Source: Candidatus Latescibacterota bacterium (GTDB lineage Bacteria; Latescibacterota; UBA2968; GCA-2709665). From it: a stretch of DNA of 64,000 nt. Made by a program: the position numbers and the translations under genes. Where the stretch lies: contig CBDDDZ010000005.1 in the NCBI GenBank assembly GCA_965226795.1, forward strand, positions 352,001 to 416,000, read 5' to 3'. Positions 33,554-44,095 of this stretch are shown here, piece by piece. How positions within the stretch are numbered: position 1 is the stretch's first letter; each line of letters opens with the position of its first letter. The notes below the pieces were generated by a model, which did no database searches, was not told where the DNA came from, and saw only the letters and a list, made by a program, of their open reading frames with translations.

Positions 33554-34521
33554 CGATTCAGGATCACGTCTCCTGGGGCAGTTTCAACGATGATACGCTG
33601 CGTTTTTCGCGGGCGATCGGCGCGGACATGATTTGCCTGGATATTCGGGCGATGCATGGAGTGGATGCTTCGATGGATCTACGGGACGGCCGGGACAGCA
33701 GACCGTTTTTTGACGCCGCCCGAAAAAAGGTGGAAGCCTACGGCATGACGTTGAACAGCGTCTTTATGGCGGGGTGGGACGAACTGGCTTTCGGCCTCCC
33801 CGATCGCGACGAAAAGCTCGAAGCGTGGTGCCGGATGTTGCGGTGTATGGGCGACGTGGGCATTTCCGCGCTTGGTTACAATTTCAAGCCGATGGGTAAT
33901 TTCCGCACCGCATCCACGCCGCCCGGGAGAGGCGGCGCCAGATACAGTACGTTCGATTACGGCGAGTTTTCCCGGAACAGGCCCCAGCCCAGGGTTCCGC
34001 CGGTCGATGAGGCGGAAATGTGGGAGAACATGTCGTATTTCCTCAAGGGTGTGATACCGGTGGCCGAGGACGCCGGGGTACGGATGGCCCTGCACCCGGA
34101 CGACCCGCCAATCCCCGAACCGCTTGGCGGTGTTGCCCAGATCGTGTCCACGCTGGACCAGTACCGCCGGATTTTCGCAGCGGCGCCGGGGGACTGTAAC
34201 GGGATGTTGTTCTGCCAGGGCTGCGTGACGGAAATGGGGGTGGATGTCTACGGAACCATCCGTGAGATGGGACTCCGGAACAAGATCGTCTTCGTGCATT
34301 TCAGGAACGTCCGGGGGGCCTTGCCCAGTTTCCAGGAGGTGTTTCTGGATGAGGGTGACGTGAATATGCTTCGGGCGATGGAGGTATACAAGGAGGTCGG
34401 GTTCAACGGGCCTTTCATGATGGATCATACGCCGGGCATCCCTGGAGACGGGAAATTCAGGGCCGGGCACGCCTACGCCGTGGGATATATCCGCGCATTG
34501 ATACAGGCGGTCTACGGTTAG
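33550..34521 (+). CDS. Mannonate dehydratase (UxuA) family
   Basis: GYNF, RGGARYSTFD, HPDDPP, FCQG, VHFRNV, MDHTP. Confidence 0.88.
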   Translation: MTIQDHVSWGSFNDDTLRFSRAIGADMICLDIRAMHGVDASMDLRDGRDSRPFFDAARKKVEAYGMTLNSVFMAGWDELAFGLPDRDEKLEAWCRMLRCMGDVGISALGYNFKPMGNFRTASTPPGRGGARYSTFDYGEFSRNRPQPRVPPVDEAEMWENMSYFLKGVIPVAEDAGVRMALHPDDPPIPEPLGGVAQIVSTLDQYRRIFAAAPGDCNGMLFCQGCVTEMGVDVYGTIREMGLRNKIVFVHFRNVRGALPSFQEVFLDEGDVNMLRAMEVYKEVGFNGPFMMDHTPGIPGDGKFRAGHAYAVGYIRALIQAVYG

Positions 34522-34615
34522 ATATGGCCTGTCGGCGACTTTCGTGAGCAACCCCCGCCGGAATTGCGCCGTCAGCCACCTTTTGTCGATGTTTCAGAAT
34601 GGAGGGATTGTCCGA

Positions 34616-35569
34616 ATGTATATTCAGGAGCAGCTTCCGTGGGACCAGATCAATCACGACACGCTGAGTTTTTTTCAGGCGATCGGTGTCGATTACTTAA
34701 CCGTGAACTCGATTCCGCCAGACGTGCGACAGGGCCGGGACCGCACGGATTTCTGGAAGGATCTGAAAAAGCTGACCGAGTCACACGGGATGAAGCTGAT
34801 GAATCTGGCAGCAACCGGATGGGACGAGGTTTCCCTGGCGCTTGAGGATCGCGACGAAAAGATCGAGGCGTGGTGTGGGTTGTTGCGGAGCATGGGCGAG
34901 GTCGCCATTCCCACGCTGGGGTACAACTTCAAGCCGGCGGGCAATTTCCGCACGGAGTCCGTTCCGCCCGGCAGGGGGGGCGCCAGATACAGTACATTCG
35001 ACTACGGGAAGTTAATGGAGGATCCGCCGTACTACCCCGATAAGGCCATTTCCGAGGAGAAAATTCTAGAAAATATCCGGTATTTCCTGGAACGCGTTAT
35101 TCCCGTAGCAGAAGAAAACGGCGTTCGCATGGCGCTGCATCCCGACGATCCGCCCATTCCGGAACCGCTCGCCGGCGCTGCCAGGATCGTGTCCACCCTC
35201 GAACAATACCATCACATATTCGATATGGTCCCCAGCCGCAGCAACGCCATGTTGTTCTGCCAGGGCTGCGTCGCGGAGATGGGGGTGAATGTATGCGACG
35301 CCATCCGGGATATCGGAGGCCGGGACAGGATCGTATACGTGCATTTCCGGAATATCCGGGGCGGCCCCAGGAGTTTTCAGGAGGTCTTCGTGGATGAGGG
35401 GGATCAGGACATGTACGAGGCGATGCAGACCTACAAAGAAGTGGGCTTCGAGGGGCCGTTCATGATGGATCATACACCCGGTTTTCCGAACCCGGATTCC
35501 ACGGTATGGGCGGGACGCGCGTTTGCCGTAGGGTATATGCGGGCTTTGATCCAGGCGGTCTATCAATAG
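34616..35569 (+). CDS. Mannonate dehydratase (UxuA) family, second paralogue
   Basis: Same motifs as the upstream gene; start after GGAGGG. Confidence 0.88.
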   Translation: MYIQEQLPWDQINHDTLSFFQAIGVDYLTVNSIPPDVRQGRDRTDFWKDLKKLTESHGMKLMNLAATGWDEVSLALEDRDEKIEAWCGLLRSMGEVAIPTLGYNFKPAGNFRTESVPPGRGGARYSTFDYGKLMEDPPYYPDKAISEEKILENIRYFLERVIPVAEENGVRMALHPDDPPIPEPLAGAARIVSTLEQYHHIFDMVPSRSNAMLFCQGCVAEMGVNVCDAIRDIGGRDRIVYVHFRNIRGGPRSFQEVFVDEGDQDMYEAMQTYKEVGFEGPFMMDHTPGFPNPDSTVWAGRAFAVGYMRALIQAVYQ

Positions 35570-35672
35570 ACAACCGGTCTCCGGGCTCCCGGCGACAGGA
35601 CGTCCTTCCCGGCGCCACCGGGCGCCGGCGGGTCGGAAATCGGGCCATGACGTGCAAAGACTGGAGGGGACT

Positions 35673-36680
35673 ATGGCGAAGTCGGAGAAGAAAACAAAAA
35701 AAAAGATCCAGCAGAAAAAAACCGTACGTGTGGCGATGATCGGCGCGGGCGGTCGCGCAACCAGTGCGCATTACCCCGCGCTCAAGGCACTGGAGGGCGT
35801 CGAGATGGTGGCCGTGTCGGAATTGAGCAGTCAAAGGATGGCCGATGCGGCCGAACGGTTCGGCATACCGGGGCAGTATTCGAATTACAGGGAGATGATT
35901 GAAAAGGAAAAACCCGATGCGGTGTATGCCATTATGCCGCCCCACCATCTGTACGATATCGCGGCAAACGTGATGGAGATGGGTTGCCACCTGTTCATCG
36001 AAAAACCCCCTGCGATGACAACGGAACAGACCCGGCAGATGGCGCTTCTGGCGCGGAAGCATAAAGTGCTGACCGGCGTGACGTTCCAGCGGCGATTTGC
36101 GCCTCTGATCCGCTACGGGAAGGAACTCTGCGAGAAGCGGGGGGCCGTTCACAGCGCCGTGGCCACGTTTTACAAAAATGCCGTGGGTGGCGCGCCGTAT
36201 TACAGGGGCGCGATCGATATCCTCACGTCCGACGCCATTCACGCGGTGGACACACTCCGCTACCTCTGCGGCGGCGAGGTGGAATCCGTGGCCAGCGATG
36301 TACGACGGGAGGGCGCCACCCACACCAATATTTACCTGGCGCTGGTGAGATTCAGTTCCGGGGCAACGGGTGTGCTTCTCACCAACTGGATGACGGGGCG
36401 TCGCATATTCTCCGTGGAAATCCATTCGCCCGGGATTTCGGTATTCGGGGATCCGGAAGAGGGCGGGCGGGTATACGCGGACAATAAGGACGAACCTATA
36501 GAAGTGCTCGATCCGTTCAGGCTCGGAGGTGGTGACGATGCCTGGCGTGCTTTCGGCGCGTACGATATCAACCGTCACTTTATCGACTGTATCAGAGACG
36601 GAAAACAGCCGGAAACGTGTCTGGAGGATGCGGTAAAGACAATGGAGCTTGTGGATCGGATTTATCAGTCACAGATTTAG
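35673..36680 (+). CDS. Gfo/Idh/MocA oxidoreductase
   Basis: IGAGG, HLFIEKP, FQRRF, IHAVD. Confidence 0.9.
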   Translation: MAKSEKKTKKKIQQKKTVRVAMIGAGGRATSAHYPALKALEGVEMVAVSELSSQRMADAAERFGIPGQYSNYREMIEKEKPDAVYAIMPPHHLYDIAANVMEMGCHLFIEKPPAMTTEQTRQMALLARKHKVLTGVTFQRRFAPLIRYGKELCEKRGAVHSAVATFYKNAVGGAPYYRGAIDILTSDAIHAVDTLRYLCGGEVESVASDVRREGATHTNIYLALVRFSSGATGVLLTNWMTGRRIFSVEIHSPGISVFGDPEEGGRVYADNKDEPIEVLDPFRLGGGDDAWRAFGAYDINRHFIDCIRDGKQPETCLEDAVKTMELVDRIYQSQI

Positions 36681-36831
36681 ATTCCTGCAGTGTGACTTCT
36701 GCGAAAAATGGGTTTACGTTTATTCATACTGCTTGTTTAACGATTCGTGTTAATGACAATGAGTCATGGGCAGGGCGTGGCGTTTACGGCCTGCCTGCCG
36801 CACCAGGCGCTTGCTGATGGAGAGAGTTGAG

Positions 36832-37650
36832 ATGAAATACATCATGTTTACGAAACATCTGGAGGGTCTGGATGTGCCCGGCATCATTGCCGCGTTAAAA
36901 TCGGTCGGTGTACAGGGCGCCGACCTGTGCGTGCGCCCGGGCTATCCGGTACATCCCGGTAATGTCGAAACGGCGTTGCCGGAAGCGGCACGGAGGTTTG
37001 CCGACGAAGGGCTTTCCATTCCTCTGGTAACCACGCCGGGCGACTTCATCAGGCCCGAGTTGGATTATGCGGACCGGCTGTACGCGGCCTGCGGCGAAGC
37101 TGGCGTGAGGCATATCAAACTGGGGTACTGGCACTGGGCGGCGGGGATCGATTATTGGGAAGAATTGGAGGCGGTGCGGGGGCATCTCGAAGGATTTCAA
37201 ACCCTTTCCGAGAAACACGGGGTCCAGACCGTGGTGCACAACCACTCTGGCCTCTCGATGGGCCTCAACTCCTGTGCGGCCATGAATGCGGTCAAGGGCT
37301 TTGATCCCCGGCATATCGGTGTGTTCGCCGATCCCGGGCATCTTTCCATCTGTGGAGAGCCGATCGAACTGGCGCTGAATATCGTAAAGTCGCATCTGTC
37401 CGTGATGGCGCTCAAAGATCTGATCCGGCAGCCGATACTGCAGAACGGCAGGACAACCTGGCGCACAAGGGTGGTCCGGCTGGGAGAGGGGTTTGGAGAC
37501 TGGCCCGCATTGTTGCGCGCGTTCAAGGCGGTGAACTTCGACGGACCCCTGAGTTTCCATAGCGAATACAGCGGGGAACCGGTGGACACGGTTATCGATC
37601 TGGCCAGGTCGGACGTGCGGTTTTTCACCGCGTTGCAAAAAGAGGGGTAA
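36832..37650 (+). CDS. Sugar-phosphate isomerase/epimerase (xylose-isomerase-like TIM barrel)
   Basis: DLCVRPG, HNH, DPGH, LKD, GEG, HSEY. Confidence 0.82.
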   Translation: MKYIMFTKHLEGLDVPGIIAALKSVGVQGADLCVRPGYPVHPGNVETALPEAARRFADEGLSIPLVTTPGDFIRPELDYADRLYAACGEAGVRHIKLGYWHWAAGIDYWEELEAVRGHLEGFQTLSEKHGVQTVVHNHSGLSMGLNSCAAMNAVKGFDPRHIGVFADPGHLSICGEPIELALNIVKSHLSVMALKDLIRQPILQNGRTTWRTRVVRLGEGFGDWPALLRAFKAVNFDGPLSFHSEYSGEPVDTVIDLARSDVRFFTALQKEG

Positions 37651-37728
37651 CCGGCCTTCGAACCCGCAAACGCAGAGGGCGACCAGTAGAACCGGGTCGC
37701 CCTCTCTTTGATTTCCGGAAGCCGGCAC

Positions 37729-40700
37729 TCAGTCCAGGAACGCTCTGCAGTTCGCCCGGATTCGAAATCGCCCATCCTTTTGCCGGAGGGCCGTAGCCGT
37801 CGGCGTGACGGCTACGGAGTCGCCCGGTCCGATGTCGTAGAGATATGCTATTTCGCCAACCCTGAACCTTGCGGCGAGGTCGTGTTTGCCCACCAGCCGG
37901 ATGCCGGCATCGCGGCGTGCGCCTGGCCGGTGAGGCGCGAGGTCGACGTCGTCAACGGGCAGCCAGATGGTGTGGTCTTTGTCCGTGAGCCATGCGCCAC
38001 GGTAATAACCCTGGGCCGCCATATACAGGTTGGTCTTGGTGGACAAGCCCGTTCCATCCGGATTTCGTCCGGTGATCACGAACCGGCCTATTCGGAGACT
38101 GTCGGTACCGAAGCGGATGCGATATCGCCGGCCCTTGCCTTCCACGGCGGTGATATTGTAGGCTGTGGCACGGCGGGCGTTCCCGATACGGGCGACTTCA
38201 CCCTTGAGGCCCGCCGTGCGAAAGGCCTGGCTGTTGCGATCCCGTTCTATGGCAATGGTGGAAGACACCGGATCGATTTCTACGATATGCCCGTGAAGCG
38301 CTTTGGGTATGGAGAGACTACGCCCGTCGGCGCTGATGCTACCCGGGCCGGACAGGTGTAAGGAAATCAGTTTCCCCACCGCATCGTGGCGTACGATTCC
38401 GAAGCTGCTGCCGGAAGGGCCAAGGACATGGCGGATCGTATCTTCACCGTATTGGTGTTTAACTTTCAGCGCAAGGCTTTCGTCTCCGGCATCCAGTTGC
38501 TCGACGGCGTGGATCTTCTTACTACCTTTAAAGGGTTCATGAACGGCCACAAAGCGGCTGGCGACCCCCTCCCCCTCGTTGCGCAGCAGCACGTAAGTGA
38601 GTTGTTTCGGGTTGCCCGGCTTTCTGGGGGGATCTCCGTGGGCGACGATGGCTTCGCCCGAAGGCAGGAAAATCGTATTAAGGCCGATGCCGGTCTTTCC
38701 GTCTCGCCAGGTTGAGGACCACGCCGCGGTCGGATTCCCGCGTCGCGTGTCGTACAGATAGGAGTAGCCGCCCCCCCGGTAGGTGTAATAGGAGCGGCCC
38801 TTCCTTAACGGGTCGGTGAGGCCGTCGTCGTCGTAAATGGCGCCGTAAGGCACATCCGGGCCGGCAAGGGTGCCCTGCCGCTGCGGCGGGGTGAGTTCGA
38901 TGTCGTTCACCGTAAATTCACTCTCAAATCCGTGCAGGCTGTAGTCGTGTTGCGCTCCCCCCGCCACGCGGAAGCAGTCGAGGACGTAGCGGGCGTCCTT
39001 TGCGATTTCGATGAGCGCGACAGTCCGCCGGTATTCGGAAGTATGGTGATAGGTGTCCGGGGCGTCGACCTGCACCCAGGTCAGGCCGCCGGTGCTGACG
39101 AATTGCTCCAGTCTGCCTGGCCCCTGCGTATCCTGCCTTCGTCCGTCTACCACGACCGTGGCGTGGGCCACAGTGTTCTTTGTCCATATCGCGGGACGGT
39201 CTCCCTCGGCGGCGTGCTCGCCGTAACCGAGATCCGGTATGAGTTTTCGGCCGTATGCGAAGAGTTCGATGTTGAGTCGATCGAAATGCGCGTGTTCGGT
39301 GGCCGCCCGTCCGTAGTACAGCGCCGCGGCTATGCGTTCGCGCCCTCTCCCCGACCGCAGCAGGGCGAGGCCGCAGCCGCCCATGAGCCGGCTTTTTGTC
39401 GTCATCTCCTTGAGTTCTTCGGCGCCATCTTCGTGTAACGAGGGCACAACCGATTCTTCCAGCATGGACTCGAAACTGTTGACGCCGGTCTCCCGCCCGC
39501 GGAGAAGTTCGCCGACAAAGGCGTCGCCCGTGGCTCTGTACGCCGCCCGCAGGGTATCGCTTCCGAGGGCGACATGGCCGCCGATCACGGTTCCGGCGTC
39601 GCCAATGCACGGGGTGAAGTGATCCAGGCACGTCATTTCCGCGGCCCAGCGGTACATGCGCCGGAACTTTGGCCTGTCCCAGATCCGAATTCCCAGGTCT
39701 TCCAATAGGCGGGCGATAACCGTAAGGTGTGTGACCCACCCGCTGTTGTAGCTGGGGGAACTCTCCCATCCCATACCCTCACGGAAGATAAGGTTGTCCA
39801 GGGCGAAGTTGATCCCTTCCGCATGGGCGGCCTTGTCACGAAAGAGGTACCCGTCGAAGTGGGTGAGCATTTCTTTGAGTTCCGTGGCTTCGCCGGTGTT
39901 GTTCATTGTCCATTCTACAGCTTTGACGATTTCATTCCGGTCTCCCGAAGCGAGTGCGGCAATCAGCAGGGCTTCCTGGTGTCCGCCGTAGTTGCTTCGG
40001 ACGTGGCCCCCGTAGATTCCGTCGAGGCTCGCGCCGATAATGCCGGCTTCGAGCTTCCGTCGAAATCCGTCGCCATCTGAGGCGAAAACGGGGTCGTAGG
40101 GGATGGCGTCGCGGACGGCATCCAGGGCCTGGCAAAGCCGGCGTACGGTCCCCGCTTCGGAAATGAGATCGTTCATTTTTCCGGTATAGCCGGGTGAGAA
40201 CTCCAGGGCGTACATGGATTGCCTGCTGTAATCCATGTGTGGATAGACTTCCGCGAGCCGGTCCAGAATCACGAGCGCTTTGTGAGCGTAACGGCCGTCG
40301 CCGCTGAGCAGATAGGCCTGCCCAAGGGAGGTAAGGCCGGCAATGACCGCGTTCCAGATACCACCACAACAATAGGCGATAAACCAGTGGCGAAAGGGTC
40401 CGTCATCGCTCCGCCAGCCCCATCCGTCGTCCGCGTAGGGGCCGGTGAGCAGGCTGCGGTCTTCCATGCCGCTTTCGTAGAATGCCTCAAAGTCGTTGCT
40501 GGGATAGGACTCGCCGCCCAAGGCGCAGGTGACGCGCCATCTGTCCTTGAAGGGATCGTGTTTCCACCCACCCTGCGCGTACCCGCCGTACCCGTTGGGC
40601 CCGCTGCCGTGGACGGGACAGCCGCTGACGAAGTTGATCGTCCAGCTGCGAGGTACGCCAGAACTCGGCATCAGCCTGCGGATAAAATCCTGATCCCGGT

Positions 40701-40812
40701 CCAGCCATGGATTCGCGTCGTCAAAGACGCGCCCCGCGATTTTTTTGGCGGCCGGATCCTCCGCCGCGCGTTGCCGGGCAAGCTGGATCTGTTCCGGTGT
40801 GTAGAGATTCAC
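37729..40812 (-). CDS. Heparinase II/III-family polysaccharide lyase-like protein
   Basis: ESSPSY, IGD, HAHFDRL, PDLGY, HATVVVDG, YRR; GTG start after AAGGAG. The ORF-track extension to 41115 is unlikely. Confidence 0.8.
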   Translation of the reverse strand: MNLYTPEQIQLARQRAAEDPAAKKIAGRVFDDANPWLDRDQDFIRRLMPSSGVPRSWTINFVSGCPVHGSGPNGYGGYAQGGWKHDPFKDRWRVTCALGGESYPSNDFEAFYESGMEDRSLLTGPYADDGWGWRSDDGPFRHWFIAYCCGGIWNAVIAGLTSLGQAYLLSGDGRYAHKALVILDRLAEVYPHMDYSRQSMYALEFSPGYTGKMNDLISEAGTVRRLCQALDAVRDAIPYDPVFASDGDGFRRKLEAGIIGASLDGIYGGHVRSNYGGHQEALLIAALASGDRNEIVKAVEWTMNNTGEATELKEMLTHFDGYLFRDKAAHAEGINFALDNLIFREGMGWESSPSYNSGWVTHLTVIARLLEDLGIRIWDRPKFRRMYRWAAEMTCLDHFTPCIGDAGTVIGGHVALGSDTLRAAYRATGDAFVGELLRGRETGVNSFESMLEESVVPSLHEDGAEELKEMTTKSRLMGGCGLALLRSGRGRERIAAALYYGRAATEHAHFDRLNIELFAYGRKLIPDLGYGEHAAEGDRPAIWTKNTVAHATVVVDGRRQDTQGPGRLEQFVSTGGLTWVQVDAPDTYHHTSEYRRTVALIEIAKDARYVLDCFRVAGGAQHDYSLHGFESEFTVNDIELTPPQRQGTLAGPDVPYGAIYDDDGLTDPLRKGRSYYTYRGGGYSYLYDTRRGNPTAAWSSTWRDGKTGIGLNTIFLPSGEAIVAHGDPPRKPGNPKQLTYVLLRNEGEGVASRFVAVHEPFKGSKKIHAVEQLDAGDESLALKVKHQYGEDTIRHVLGPSGSSFGIVRHDAVGKLISLHLSGPGSISADGRSLSIPKALHGHIVEIDPVSSTIAIERDRNSQAFRTAGLKGEVARIGNARRATAYNITAVEGKGRRYRIRFGTDSLRIGRFVITGRNPDGTGLSTKTNLYMAAQGYYRGAWLTDKDHTIWLPVDDVDLAPHRPGARRDAGIRLVGKHDLAARFRVGEIAYLYDIGPGDSVAVTPTATALRQKDGRFRIRANCRAFLD

Positions 40813-41325
40813 TTGGGCTCCTTGTCCTTTGTGATACCCGACACGGACGTTCCGGTCCGCTCCGGTGAACATGCTGACCGGGCGCCCTTGGGCATCGATG
40901 CGGCGCCGCAAGATCGGGCCATCAGTATTTCGAAAGCGAGATGAATTCGCAAGGGTAATCTCGACCGCCGGTATGAAATATGGCAGGTGAATAGGCGCGC
41001 GGTGGATCACACACCCGGCCAACGAAAACGCTTGATCCCCGCGCCGGGCGCCGCCATCCTGCGCGAAGTTGATGCCGGGGATGGCGCGGGACGGGTTGTG
41101 ATGAACTCCATTCACGCGCCCCTTGCCGAAGCGCTTGACGGTTGGCCCGATTTTTGATAAATAGTCAATGTTCTCCGGCGGATTTGTCGCACCGGTTCAG
41201 CTTCAACGCATCAGCGAAGAACCGGGTTTCAGGCGGCAGTTCTCCGGGTCGAGCCTTGTCTTGGGCTTCATTTGCCGTCGCAGGGCCGGGTATACGGAAC
41301 AGCGCGCATTCGAGGGGGTACCTGT

Positions 41326-42267
41326 ATGGATTACCGCACGCTCGGACGAACGGGGCTTCGCGTTTCCGTCCTGGGCATTGGTACGGGCGGCCCGAGCCAA
41401 TTTGGACAGGGATCGGGCGTACCTGAGGCCGATGTTGGCCGAATGGTGCGCAGGGCACTGGCGTTGGGTGTCAACTTTTTCGATACCGCTGCGGGGTACG
41501 GGGAAAGCGAGGCCATTCTCGGCAGGGCATTGACGGGGGTGCCGCGGGAGGATTACGTACTGGCAACCAAGGTGCAGGTGGCACGGGATGAATGGACCGC
41601 CAAACCCGAAGACGTGGTTTCCTCCGTTGAGCGGAGTCTTGCGCGGCTCAGGGTGGACGCCATTGACATTATGCAGTTCCACGGCGTGAAACCGGAAGAC
41701 TATGCCCGCACGATGGAGCTTTTCCTGCCGGTGATGTCACGGCTTCGGGAGCAGGGCAAGTTCCGGTTTCTGGGCGTATCGGAGACATATTCACTGGATC
41801 CCGGACACGAGATGTTTCCGATGGCGCTTGCCGACGACTATTTTGACACGGCAATGGTCGGATACAATATGATCAGTCCCACGGCGGAGCATGCCTTGTT
41901 GCCGATGTGCCAGGAAAAAAACGTGGGTGTGATTTGTATGGTGGCGGTACGCCGGGCATTGAGCAAGCCGGAAGTATTGGCTGAACGCATCGCCTATGCG
42001 AAGGGGAAAGGCCTGATTGAGCGGGATTCCGTGCCGGCCGACGATCCGCTGGGTTGGCTGGTGAAGGGGCATGTGACTTCGCTGCCGGCGGCCGCTTATA
42101 AATACGTGGCGTCGCATCCGGCGATGGGCACGGTTCTGACCGGTACGGCGAACATCGAACACCTGGAGGCTAACGTGAAAGCCATTCTCGGTCCGCCGCT
42201 GCCGGAGGAAGACATGGCGCGGCTGCGAGGTATCTTCGGCGCTGTGTGGGAGCCCCTGGGGAATTGA
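41326..42267 (+). CDS. Aldo/keto reductase
   Basis: YRTLGRTGLRVS, GVNFFDTAAGYG.SE, SLARL. Confidence 0.92.
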   Translation: MDYRTLGRTGLRVSVLGIGTGGPSQFGQGSGVPEADVGRMVRRALALGVNFFDTAAGYGESEAILGRALTGVPREDYVLATKVQVARDEWTAKPEDVVSSVERSLARLRVDAIDIMQFHGVKPEDYARTMELFLPVMSRLREQGKFRFLGVSETYSLDPGHEMFPMALADDYFDTAMVGYNMISPTAEHALLPMCQEKNVGVICMVAVRRALSKPEVLAERIAYAKGKGLIERDSVPADDPLGWLVKGHVTSLPAAAYKYVASHPAMGTVLTGTANIEHLEANVKAILGPPLPEEDMARLRGIFGAVWEPLGN

Positions 42268-42546
42268 CTCTGTGGGGAGAAAGGTGGATGTTGAGCAGCA
42301 GGGTTCCGAACATCGGAAAACGGGTCCACCCCGACACGGGCGGATCTTCGGTTTAGATACCTCCCGACGGGGCGTGCCGGTTTCCGGCGCATTGCACGCA
42401 GTGCTGTACCGATTCGGCCGGATGGCCATTCGCCCTGTGTTGATCATCCACGCTCAGCATGACATAGAGCTCCACTCGCTTGCATCCGATGCCGCTGAAT
42501 TCTGATAGCTATACGTTGACCGCTCGTTAGCCGAAAGGAGCGATCC

Positions 42547-43668
42547 ATGGCCGAGACGAAGGCCGAATCCGAGGTATTGGCGACCAACGGCCGGAAACCC
42601 GGTGTCACCCTTATAGATGCGGACGCCCACAATTACCCCGATTCAATGGACGAAATCACGCCCTATCTGTCGAAGCGGTGGCAGGCGTACGTGAAGCAGT
42701 CGGGCTTTACGATACCGTCGGTATCCATCTATCCAAAGCTCTATGCCCAGGCCGCCCGCCGCGACGCGTGGCCTTCAAACGGCAAGAGGCCCGGGTCGGA
42801 CGCCGAATTTGCCCGGGAACAGCTACTGGACACATGGGGTATCGACTATGCGGTCCTGAACCCGCTCGTCGCGGTGTCGGCCGTGCGCAATATCGATCTC
42901 GCCAACGCGCTGCAGCGGGCAGTCAACGAATGGACCAGAGAGGTATGGCTGGATGCCGACCGGCGGTGGCGCGGCTCGATCGTTGTCAATATCCAGGATG
43001 CGGACGCGGCCGCCGCCGAGATCCAGCGTCTCGCCACCGACCGCCGCTTTGTCCAGGTATTGCTGCTGGTCCGCTCTTATGCCCCTTACGGCCGGCGTGA
43101 ATTCAGGCCCATCTTTCGCGCCGCCGCGGCGGCCGACCTGCCCGTGGGCATTCATTTTGGCGGTGGCGGCAATCCCATTACGGCCAGCGGTTGGCCATCC
43201 TATTATATCGAGGATCACACCGGAATGTCGCAGGCCTTTGAGGCCCAGGTCATCAGCCTGGTATGCGAAGGTGTTTTCGAGGAATTGCCGTCGGCCCGGG
43301 TGGCCCTCGTTGAGGGTGGATTTGCCTGGCTGCCGGCACTGATGTGGCGGCTGGACAAGAACTACCGCGGGTTGCACGGCGAAGTACCCTGGCTCCGGAG
43401 GCTGCCCAGCGAATACATCCTGGATCACTTCCGCGCGACGACACAGCCCATGGAGGAACCGGCCGATCCCCGGCACCTGCTCGCCATTCTGGACATGATC
43501 GGGCGCGACGACTTTCTCATGTTCGCCACGGATTACCCGCACTGGGATTTCGACGCGCCCGACCGGGCCCTGCCGCGGGTGATCAAGGGCGCCCTGAGGC
43601 AACGCATCCTCGCCGCAAACGCGGCGGCTTTCTATGGCCTTGAAGACAATCGACATCGGGTCAGTTGA
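42547..43668 (+). CDS. Amidohydrolase-fold protein, probable dinuclear metal oxygenase subunit
   Basis: IDADAH, N.W...W, GIHFGG, GWPSYYIE, VEGG, TTQPMEEP, FATDYPHWD; overlaps a Rieske gene. Confidence 0.85.
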   Translation: MAETKAESEVLATNGRKPGVTLIDADAHNYPDSMDEITPYLSKRWQAYVKQSGFTIPSVSIYPKLYAQAARRDAWPSNGKRPGSDAEFAREQLLDTWGIDYAVLNPLVAVSAVRNIDLANALQRAVNEWTREVWLDADRRWRGSIVVNIQDADAAAAEIQRLATDRRFVQVLLLVRSYAPYGRREFRPIFRAAAAADLPVGIHFGGGGNPITASGWPSYYIEDHTGMSQAFEAQVISLVCEGVFEELPSARVALVEGGFAWLPALMWRLDKNYRGLHGEVPWLRRLPSEYILDHFRATTQPMEEPADPRHLLAILDMIGRDDFLMFATDYPHWDFDAPDRALPRVIKGALRQRILAANAAAFYGLEDNRHRVS

Positions 43669-43999
43669 CGACTTTGAGGCTGGCCGGCCGCGTCGGGTCG
43701 AAGCGGGGGGGCGGGCGCTGATGGTGGTGCGGAGCGACCGGAGGTTCTTCGCGTTGCGCGATATCTGTCCTCACCAGGGTGCGCCGTTGTCCGCCGGAAA
43801 GTTGGACGGTACAGCCCTGCCGTGTCGTCCCGGCGAGGAGATCTCCTACGGGCGCATGGGCGAGATCCTTACCTGCCCCTGGCACGGGTGGCAATTCGAC
43901 CTGGCGTCCGGCCGCGCCCTGATCGAGCCCGATCGATTCCGGGTGCGGATCTATCCCGTCCACGTTGCAGGCGGCCGCGTGGTCGTACAGATGGATTAG
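43634..43999 (+). CDS. Rieske [2Fe-2S] ferredoxin
   Basis: CPHQG...CPWHGW. Confidence 0.93.
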   Translation: MALKTIDIGSVDDFEAGRPRRVEAGGRALMVVRSDRRFFALRDICPHQGAPLSAGKLDGTALPCRPGEEISYGRMGEILTCPWHGWQFDLASGRALIEPDRFRVRIYPVHVAGGRVVVQMD

Positions 44000-44095
44000 C
44001 TCCCCTTCCGCGTTTTCCCGCCCCGTCCGGTCTTAAGGATTCCGGATTTTCGCAGACCCGATACTTAAACGACATTTCCCCGATCGGAGTAACGT

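Noticed and set aside
40813..41115. N-terminal extensions given by the ORF track (also 10409-10537, 12090-12200, 27227-27445, 54280-54423, 59910-60263)
   Set aside because: Low-complexity, non-homologous sequence; better starts with RBS or family-typical N-termini lie downstream.
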